64,000 nt of DNA. Source: an uncultured Acidimicrobiia bacterium. Lineage in GTDB: Bacteria; Actinomycetota; Acidimicrobiia; Spongiisociales; ZC4RG35. Shown in pieces: positions 56,955-64,000 of this stretch. A program made the translations under genes and the position numbers. The notes beneath the pieces are model-generated. The model had not been told where the DNA came from. It saw only the letters and a list, made by a program, of their open reading frames with translations, and did no database searches. Position 1 is the stretch's first letter; every line of letters begins with the position of its first letter. The stretch lies in assembly GCA_963761985.1 (NCBI GenBank), contig CAVXIT010000003.1, positions 204,105 through 268,104 of the forward strand, written 5' to 3'.

Positions 56955-57758
56955 CCGTCCGGTGTCGTTGTAGACCACCAGGCTCTCGTCGCGAACGAAA
57001 CCACAGAGGGTCATGCCCAAGTCGGTGGCGAGATCGACTGCGAGCGACGTTGCTGCCGAGACCCCGAGCACGACAGGGATGCCAACCACCGCCGCTTTCT
57101 GGGTGATCTCGAAGGAGATTCGCCCAGAGACCATGAGGATCACTTCGCCCAGCGGCCAGCGCTGGGTCGCCAGGAGACCGATCGCCTTGTCCACTGCGTT
57201 GTGCCTTCCGACGTCCTCGGCAGTAGCCAGAAGGTCACCATTCGGGTTGAAGATCGCGGCTCCATGCAACCCGCCGGTGGCGTCGAACACGGTTTGTGCC
57301 TCTCGCAGTTTGCCCGGCAATTGGCCGACCAAACTTCGCGTGATCGAGGGGCCGGCAGGCAAAACGCGTGCGGTGATGCGGACTGCGTCGATCGAGGCTT
57401 TGCCACAAACCCCACAGCTAGAGGTCGTATAGGAGTTGCGGCGGAATTGCTCGGGGTCGATAGTGACCCCTTCGGCTGGAATCAAGAGATAGCGGTCACC
57501 ATCGCCGAGGTCCTCAACCCGGTCGATTTCCTCAGGGCCGAAGACGATCCCCTCAGTGAGGGCAAAGCCGACGACGAGCTCGGGCTCCAATCCAGGAGTT
57601 CGCATCAACACTGCCAGGGGGACTGTTCCGAGCCGTATCTCCATGGGCTCTTCCACGGCGAGTACGTCTGTGGTCGTGACGCCGCCGGGCCATCTCACGA
57701 CGGAGCGCTCGGCCTCAGACTTCATAACAACATGTATACCGCCTACCGTTGCCGGCAT
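56943..57758 (-). CDS. fdhD: Formate dehydrogenase accessory sulfurtransferase FdhD
   Basis: …SSCGVCGK… (catalytic Cys loop)…GRHNAVDK… The ATG at 57725 is an alternative start. Confidence 0.8.
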   Translation of the reverse strand: MPATVGGIHVVMKSEAERSVVRWPGGVTTTDVLAVEEPMEIRLGTVPLAVLMRTPGLEPELVVGFALTEGIVFGPEEIDRVEDLGDGDRYLLIPAEGVTIDPEQFRRNSYTTSSCGVCGKASIDAVRITARVLPAGPSITRSLVGQLPGKLREAQTVFDATGGLHGAAIFNPNGDLLATAEDVGRHNAVDKAIGLLATQRWPLGEVILMVSGRISFEITQKAAVVGIPVVLGVSAATSLAVDLATDLGMTLCGFVRDESLVVYNDTGRLID

Positions 57759-58842
57759 GCGAGCTCACAACTTCGGCGCGGGCCCTTGCACGCTGCCGCT
57801 GTCTGTCCTTGAGGAGGTACAAGCCGAGTTTGTCGACTTCGCCGGAACTGGCATGTCGCTCATCGAGCTCTCGCATCGCAGCGCGGAATACGAAGCGGTC
57901 CACAACGAGGCTTTGACTCTTGCCCGCGAGGTCGGGGAAGCCCCTGAGGACTTCGAGGTGCTCTTCATCCAGGGTGGCGCCACGCTCCAGTTCGCGATGG
58001 TCGCGATGAATCTTCTCCACCCGGAAGAAGAAGCCGGCTACGTCGTTTCTGGCTCGTGGGGAGCAAGAGCTCTTGAGGACGCGACTCCGCATGGTCGGGT
58101 GTATTCCGCTTGGGATGGCAGGGAGTCGGAATACACGACGATGCCGCAGCCGGATGAGATCGCGCTCAAGCCGAATAGTCGGTATCTCCACGTCACCTCG
58201 AACGAGACGATCGGCGGCATCCGCATGATCGACTTTCCTGACCTGGGCCTTCCCCTGGTGGGTGATATGTCGAGCGATTATCTGTCCCGCCCGATTGATT
58301 GGCGACTCTTTGATCTCGTCTACGGCGGAGTCCAAAAGAACCTCGCACCCGCGGGTATGGCGGTGGTCTATGTGCGCAGATCGGCGCTTGAGAATGCTCG
58401 TACCGACGTGGGCTCGTTCCTGCGCTACGCCTGGCACGCCGAAACCAAGTCGCTCGGTCACACCCCACCCATGTTTCCGATCTATCTCATGGGCAAGGTG
58501 TTGCGGATGATGAAAGCTGGGGGAGGCGTCGAACAGCTCGAGCGCCAATCCGCCGCCAAAGCTGCAGCGTTATACAACGTCATCGATGTTTCCGACGGTT
58601 TCTATACGAACCCCGTCGAGCCAACCGTACGTTCCCAAATGAACGTCGTATTTCGACTTCCGGATGAGAACCTGGAAGCGCAATTCGTGAAAGAGGCCAC
58701 CGCCCTGGACATGATTGGTCTCAAGGGGCATCGGAGCGTCGGTGGCTGCCGGGCGAGCCTCTACGCCGCCCTTCCGTTCGAGTCGGTGGAGATGCTGGCG
58801 GAATTTATGGTCGACTTCGCCGATCGGAACCGAAGCCGGTAG
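57757..58842 (+). CDS. serC: Phosphoserine aminotransferase
   Basis: MRAHNFGAGPCTLP…, a PLP-dependent class V fold. Lys in …GGVQKN…. Confidence 0.85.
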   Translation: MRAHNFGAGPCTLPLSVLEEVQAEFVDFAGTGMSLIELSHRSAEYEAVHNEALTLAREVGEAPEDFEVLFIQGGATLQFAMVAMNLLHPEEEAGYVVSGSWGARALEDATPHGRVYSAWDGRESEYTTMPQPDEIALKPNSRYLHVTSNETIGGIRMIDFPDLGLPLVGDMSSDYLSRPIDWRLFDLVYGGVQKNLAPAGMAVVYVRRSALENARTDVGSFLRYAWHAETKSLGHTPPMFPIYLMGKVLRMMKAGGGVEQLERQSAAKAAALYNVIDVSDGFYTNPVEPTVRSQMNVVFRLPDENLEAQFVKEATALDMIGLKGHRSVGGCRASLYAALPFESVEMLAEFMVDFADRNRSR

Positions 58843-58892
58843 ATGGCACCGGCGGCTATAATTCCGCCGCCAAGTTAAGGACGCTGTCAGGA

Positions 58893-58920
58893 AGGTGGGC
58901 GCCCTGCCCACCTTTTTCTT
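58893..58920 (+). terminator. Rho-independent terminator after serC: an 8-bp GC-rich stem, a 5-nt loop and a T-tract
   Basis: AGGTGGGC-gccct-GCCCACCT-TTTTCTT. Confidence 0.6.
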
Positions 58921-58959
58921 GTCACGTTTGAAGCACGTTTTGAGGACCTTTTGCAGGAG

Positions 58960-59460
58960 ATGACGACAATTAATCAAGGGTTTGGCGATCAACGTCTCGC
59001 GTCGATCTGGGATGTCATCGAGACATATCTCGGCGCCGAGCAAATCGAGCTCGATGACCTCGAACTCGTCGGTCGCGGGCGCGCCCAGACCTTGAGGATC
59101 CAGGTCGACGGCGAGAAGTTGGACCTTGACCGGATCTCGGAGCTGTCGAGAGGGCTGTCCCGGCTACTCGACTCGCTGGAAGGTGCGCCTTTGGACGGCC
59201 CTTATCAGCTGGAGGTGAGTTCACCCGGTCTCGAGCGCAAACTGACTCGCCCGCGCCACTATCAAAAGTCGATCGGTCGAGAAGTTGTGATCAAGACCAG
59301 CGATGGTCAACGACGCGGGCTGATCGAATCGGCTGATGACGACAGCTTCAACCTGATCGAAGGGGAAAGCACGTCAGCCGTGCCTTACCGCCAGGTGGTT
59401 TCAGCCCGGACCGTGTTCACCTGGGAGAAACCGCCCAAGCCCGGTCAGAGGAGCAATTGA
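58960..59460 (+). CDS. rimP: Ribosome maturation factor RimP
   Basis: GCAGGAG immediately upstream of the ATG. …LELVGRGRAQTLRIQVD… The ATG at 58951 is an alternative. Confidence 0.8.
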   Translation: MTTINQGFGDQRLASIWDVIETYLGAEQIELDDLELVGRGRAQTLRIQVDGEKLDLDRISELSRGLSRLLDSLEGAPLDGPYQLEVSSPGLERKLTRPRHYQKSIGREVVIKTSDGQRRGLIESADDDSFNLIEGESTSAVPYRQVVSARTVFTWEKPPKPGQRSN

Positions 59461-60510
59461 ATGATGAAAATCGATGCCACGGTCATGGAGGCCCTGGAGA
59501 TGCTGGGCCGCGAGCGTGGGGTGTCTGTCGACGCCATTCTTGATGCCCTCGCCAATGCGCTGGTATCCGCCTACAAGCGCAGCCCGGGAGCGGCCGAAGA
59601 GGCCAGGGTCACCATCGATCCCGATACCGGCGATATCACCGTGTACGCCCAAGATCTCGACGACGACGGGAATGTGACCAAAGAGTGGGAAGACACTCCG
59701 GACGACTTCGGGCGCATCGCGGCCCAAACAGCCAAGCAAGTGATACAGCAGCGTCTCCGCGATGCCAAGCGCGAGCAAGTTTTCGATGTTTACGCGGGTC
59801 GTGAAGGCGATCTCGTCACCGCGATCGTGCAGCAGGTCGACGGCCGGTTCACGATCCTCGATCTGGGTGATGCCGAAGCCATCCTCCCGGGGTCAGAGCG
59901 AATTCCGTACGAGCGGCTTGATCGGGGCAACCGGGTCAAGGCGTTGATTCTCGAGGTTCGGAACGAGACCAAAGGCCCTCAGATCGTTGTCAGCCGGAGC
60001 CACCCCGACCTGGTTCGCCGCCTGCTCGAGCTAGAGGTACCGGAGTTAGCCGATGGCACCGTCGAACTCGTCGCCATTGCTCGCGAACCCGGGCACCGGA
60101 CCAAAATTGCAGTCGTATCCCACGATCCCAACGTCGACCCCAAGGGTGCATGTGTGGGTGCTCGCGGGTCGCGTGTAAGGCAAGTCGTCAACGAGTTGCG
60201 AGGCGAGAAGGTCGACGTCGTTCAGTGGCGTGAGAACACCGCCCAATTCATCGCCGAGGCTCTCGGCCCAGCCAAGGTCAAAGAGGTAAAGGTCGACGAG
60301 GAAGCGAAGGTGGCCGAGGTCATTGTCAGCGATCATCAGCTATCGCTGGCCATCGGCAAAGAGGGCCAGAACGCCCGCCTCGCCGCCCGTCTGTCGGGAT
60401 ACAAAGTTGATATCCGCTCCGATCATGTTCCAGAACCCGCGCCCGTCGTGGCGCCCGAGGTGAAGGAACCAGAGGTCGAGGAGCCCACTCCTGAACCTGA
60501 CCGAGCCTGA
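59461..60510 (+). CDS. nusA: Transcription termination/antitermination factor NusA
   Basis: An S1 domain and two KH domains (…GKEGQNARLAARLSGYKVDI…). Confidence 0.9.
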   Translation: MMKIDATVMEALEMLGRERGVSVDAILDALANALVSAYKRSPGAAEEARVTIDPDTGDITVYAQDLDDDGNVTKEWEDTPDDFGRIAAQTAKQVIQQRLRDAKREQVFDVYAGREGDLVTAIVQQVDGRFTILDLGDAEAILPGSERIPYERLDRGNRVKALILEVRNETKGPQIVVSRSHPDLVRRLLELEVPELADGTVELVAIAREPGHRTKIAVVSHDPNVDPKGACVGARGSRVRQVVNELRGEKVDVVQWRENTAQFIAEALGPAKVKEVKVDEEAKVAEVIVSDHQLSLAIGKEGQNARLAARLSGYKVDIRSDHVPEPAPVVAPEVKEPEVEEPTPEPDRA

Positions 60511-60658
60511 ATCTGGCGAGCTTGCGTTGGAAAACGCCCAAGCAGAGGCTGTCGATCCCATCGGCGACGAGCCCGTAGGCGATGAGCTGGCCGCAGTTGC
60601 GGCCGAGGCGACTGGAGACGGTCAGCCAGAGGAGCGTTCCACCGCGGAGGCCGAATAG

Positions 60659-62645
60659 ATGGCCAAGATGCGCGTTTACGAGCTCGCGCGTGAGCTTGCG
60701 CTCGAATCCAAGGATCTGATCGAGCAGGCTCACAATCTGGGCATCGAGGTGAAGACCGCCTCATCGAGCATCGAGGAGAGCGATGCCGACCTGATCCGCC
60801 TGGCCATCACGGAAGCCACGGCCCCTGTCACCGAGCCCGAGCCGGAGCCGGTAGCCCGTGCCGGAACCCGAGGCCGAGCGCGAAGTCAGGTTGGTCTCGG
60901 TCCCGGCCAATCCTTCCGTGGCCGAGGTCGCTGAGGCCCTGGGTCAGACGCCGGGCGCAATCGTGCGGGCTCTCGTCGGGCGGGGCGTCCTGGCCGGTGT
61001 TGGTGGTCCAATGCCGCTCGACCACCTGGACGGCATCGCCGAACAGTTCGGAGCGATAGTCGAGGTGGAAGCACCGCCGCCCCCACCCCCCAAGACCGCA
61101 CCGCGTCTTTCATTTGATGACGCTCCCGAGAACCTTGCCCCCAGGCCCCCGGTGGTCACGATCATGGGGCATGTCGACCACGGGAAGACCACGTTGCTTG
61201 ACACCATTCGCAAGTCAAACGTCGTCGCTGGAGAACAGGGTGGGATCACCCAGCACATCGGCGCCTATCAGGTGACGGTCGGCGGACGCCTGATCACCTT
61301 TATCGACACGCCTGGCCACGAGGCCTTCACCGCGCTTCGTGCTCGTGGCGCCAACATCACCGACATTGTCGTTCTGGTGGTCGCCGCTAACGATGGAGTC
61401 ATGCCACAAACCATCGAAGCGATCAGCCACGCTCGAGCAGCCGGGGTAAAGCTGGTCGTCGCCATCAATAAGGTCGACCTGCCCGGGGCCGACCCGATCC
61501 GGGTGCGCACCATGCTTACCGAGCATGAGGTCATTACCGAGGATCTGGGCGGTGACATCCCCGCCGTTGAGGTTTCCGCCCTCACCGGGCAAGGAGTCGA
61601 CAACCTGCTCGAGCTGATCGACCTCATCGCGCAGCTCGAGGACTTTCGCGCCAATCCCCAACCCGCAGCTTCGGGAGTTGTCATTGAGGCTCAACTCGAT
61701 CCGGGCATGGGCCCAACTGCGACGGTGATCGTCCAGCGCGGGACTTTGCGAACGGGAGACGCCTTTGTCGCCGGCCAGACCTCGGGGCGGGTGCGCGCCA
61801 TGATGGATTGGGCGGGGAACCGTGAGAAGGTGGCCCCGCCTTCGACGCCCGCCCTGATCATGGGTTGGGACGAGATTCCGGTCGCCGGAGACAATTTCGA
61901 GGTATTGACCACCGAACGCGAAGCTCGGGCACGGGCACAGGATCGGGCAGATGAATTTCGCGACGCCTCGTTCAGCACTCCGGCCACCGCTCGGGAGCGT
62001 CTTGCCAACCTGCTGGAGCAGCTGCGGGCCGAAGAAGCCGAGCTCCGCATAGTCCTCAAAGCAGATGCCCACGGTTCGCTCGAGGCCCTTCGTGAATCCC
62101 TTGCGAAGATCAAGCGCGAGGGTGGGCGAATCGAGATCATGCACGGGGCGATCGGCGGCATCAACGAAAACGACGTCAAGCTGGCCGAGGTCACCGAGGC
62201 GGTCGTGATCGGTTTCAACGTCCGCCCCGACGGCAAGACCCGGCGGCTCGCCGAGTCCAAGGGAATCGAGATTCGTACCTACGGGATTATCTACGAGTTG
62301 CTCGAAGAGATCGAGGCGATGCTCGTTGGCCGGCTGGCACCCGACGAGGTCGAGGCCGTCCTCGGAACTGCCGAGGTGCGGGCGCTGTTCAAGGTGCCGC
62401 GACTCGGAAACATCGCGGGTTGCTACGTCACCGAAGGCGAGATCGTGCGCAATGCCAAGGCACGTTTGCTTCGAGACGGAGTTGTGGTCTTCGACGGGGT
62501 GATTGGTTCATTGCGGCGCTTCAAGGACGATGTCCGCAGCGTTGCCGCCGGCTTCGAGTGCGGGATCGGCCTGGCTGGCTACAACGACGTCAAAGAAGGC
62601 GACAGCATCGAGGCCTATCAGGTCAACGAAGTCGCCCGCGTTTGA
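60659..62645 (+). CDS. infB: Translation initiation factor IF-2. The N-terminal 65 aa ([20 protein letters not shown]…) and the G-domain body are in different frames, with an extra C in the CCC run near 60855-60857.
   Basis: …[12 protein letters not shown]…DTPGHEAF…NKVD…, the domains of the C-terminal half. Confidence 0.9.
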
Positions 62646-62673
62646 CCCGTCGTTAGTAAGCGAGAATGCCGGG

Positions 62674-63030
62674 ATGGGAAAGCCGTCTTATCCCCGAACC
62701 AGACGCATCAATGCCATCATCCGAGAGGTGCTCGCCGATGAGGTCGAGGCGCTGAGCGACCCCCGGCTGGGGATGGTCACGATCACCGGGGTCGAAACCG
62801 CTCCTGACATGCGCCGGGCAACGGTCTTCGTCAGTGCGCTCGATCCCGGCCACCTCGAGGAGGCGATCAAGGGTCTGACCGCCGCGGCGCCGCGCCTGCG
62901 GGTTCTCCTCGGCAAACAGGTGCGGATCAAGTTCACCCCCCAGCTCACATTCAAGGCGGACGCAGGCGTGCTCCAGGGCGAACGCATCGAGGCGGTTCTG
63001 CGCGAACTGCCTTCCTCCGGAGAAGGATGA
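62674..63030 (+). CDS. rbfA: Ribosome-binding factor A
   Basis: MGKPSYPRTRRINAIIREVLADEV…. Confidence 0.85.
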   Translation: MGKPSYPRTRRINAIIREVLADEVEALSDPRLGMVTITGVETAPDMRRATVFVSALDPGHLEEAIKGLTAAAPRLRVLLGKQVRIKFTPQLTFKADAGVLQGERIEAVLRELPSSGEG

Positions 63031-63992
63031 ACAATCTCACGGACCTGGCCGCGGCGGCCGAGGCGCTGCGCGCAGCCGGCACGATTGCGATGGCGTGTCA
63101 TGTCAACCCTGACGGCGATGCCCTCGGCAGCATGTTGGCCGTTGCCCTCGCCGCCGCGAGCGAGGGGAAGCAGGTGCAGCCGAGCTACGGCCCTCCCTTC
63201 GAACCGGTCCGGGCCTATCGCTTTCTTCCCACAGAACTCCTGGTAGCCCCTTCCGAAGTTGAGGAGGAGCCCGAGCTAATGCTGACCTTCGATAGCGGCA
63301 ACCTCGATCGCCTGGGCGACCTGGCCGCGAACGTCAAACGGGCCAAAAAGGTGATAGTCGTTGATCATCATGTCGCGGGGTCGGAGGAATTCGGTGATCT
63401 GCACTTGATCGATCCGGCGGTCTCTTCCACTGCCGAACTGACTTTTCATTTGTTGCAAGAAACTCGATGGAATCTCGACCAAAGGATCGCCACCTGCTTG
63501 CTTACCGGATTGGTCACCGACACCGGTCGCTTCCAATACTCGAATACATCGCCCGCGACCCTTCGCGTCGCCGCGCAACTCGTTGAACTGGGGGCTCGAC
63601 CCGAGGTGGTCGGCCAACATGTGTACGAGGAGGAGGCATTTGGATACCTCGGCGCGTCCGGGGCGGTAATGCAGCGTGCCGTGCTAGTCCCAGATCGCAA
63701 TCTGGTCTGGTCGGTTCTCTATCAGGCCGACCTGGTGGCGAATGAACTGACTCTTGCTGAGACGGATTCGTTGATTGATCTCATCCGCCTTCCGATCGAG
63801 GCAGGAGCCGCCCTGCTCCTCAAGGAACATTCTCCCGGACTGTTCAAAGGGAGCCTGCGGAGTCGTGGCCAGATCGACGTAGGTTCGGTTGCTGCGGCAC
63901 TGGGTGGCGGTGGGCATCACAACGCAGCTGGTTTCACCTTCAACGGAACCCCGGAAGCGGCGGTTGAATCCGTTGTTGCGCTCTTGCCGTGA
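63027..63992 (+). CDS. nrnA: DHH-family bifunctional oligoribonuclease / pAp phosphatase NrnA
   Basis: …CHVNPDGDALGS…VVDHH… (DHH)…GGGHHNAAG (GGGH). Confidence 0.8.
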   Translation: MNNLTDLAAAAEALRAAGTIAMACHVNPDGDALGSMLAVALAAASEGKQVQPSYGPPFEPVRAYRFLPTELLVAPSEVEEEPELMLTFDSGNLDRLGDLAANVKRAKKVIVVDHHVAGSEEFGDLHLIDPAVSSTAELTFHLLQETRWNLDQRIATCLLTGLVTDTGRFQYSNTSPATLRVAAQLVELGARPEVVGQHVYEEEAFGYLGASGAVMQRAVLVPDRNLVWSVLYQADLVANELTLAETDSLIDLIRLPIEAGAALLLKEHSPGLFKGSLRSRGQIDVGSVAAALGGGGHHNAAGFTFNGTPEAAVESVVALLP

Positions 63993-64000
63993 CGGCCGGT

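Noticed and set aside
1-64000. CRISPR arrays, rRNA or tRNA genes, insertion sequences, prophage or defence-system genes
   Set aside because: No regularly spaced direct repeats, no tRNA-like or rRNA-like sequence, no transposase or terminal inverted repeats, and no recognisable restriction-modification, toxin-antitoxin or Cas gene was found on either strand. The only tandem repeats are the roughly 16-bp triple at the rseP stop and the 13-bp pair in the rpsB leader.

Overview
This is a 64 kb window from a high-GC (roughly 65-70%) Actinobacteria-type chromosome. Almost all of it is conserved core-genome synteny rather than a mobile or defence island. The gene order is recG–(methyltransferase)–rsmD–coaD–coiled-coil protein–yceD–rpmF–plsX–rnc–[DtxR/IdeR-like regulator, opposite strand]–mutM–acyP–smc–ftsY, then about 15 kb of metabolic genes that break the usual smc–ftsY–ffh linkage (cdd, nucleotide pyrophosphatase family, padR plus a membrane protein, etfBA, a YcaQ-like wHTH protein, an EamA transporter, deoB–deoA, an SRPBCC-PDZ-DinB fusion, an alkyltransferase-like protein, upp, a molybdopterin oxidoreductase, ppc). 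It continues ffh–rpsP–KH–rimM, then an inserted block of about 8 kb (Gmad2-type lipoprotein, thiolase, intramembrane-type histidine kinase with NarL-type regulator, NicO/RcnA-like metal transporter fusion, small basic ORF plus Arc-RHH protein plus DUF4097 protein, acyl-CoA dehydrogenase). It then resumes trmD–rplS–lepB–yraN–ABC transporter–TM/Zn-ribbon protein–enoyl-CoA hydratase–comM–dprA–xerC–WhiG-type sigma factor–rpsB–tsf–pyrH–frr–cdsA–dxr–rseP–ispG–proS–fdhD (opposite strand)–serC–rimP–nusA–infB–rbfA–nrnA. No rRNA, tRNA, CRISPR array, transposase or phage integrase is visible; xerC sits in its conserved housekeeping context. The most consistent signal is that at least 11 strongly conserved genes (recG, coaD, acyP, smc, AP-family, deoA, ppc, NicO-like, TM/Zn-ribbon, cdsA, infB) are each interrupted by a single-base frameshift, mostly at short homopolymers. 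In every case the conserved continuation reads cleanly in a neighbouring frame, which looks like indel-type sequencing or assembly error rather than pseudogenisation. Gene boundaries, and any claim of an odd gene start or fusion in this window, should be read with that in mind. Candidate novelty is modest. The best leads are the accessory block between rimM and trmD (especially the AT-rich TGACA-repeat control region and the small-ORF/RHH/DUF4097 module), the SRPBCC-PDZ-DinB tri-domain protein, the Cys-to-Trp alkyltransferase-like protein, and several palindromic or repeat-bearing intergenic regions.
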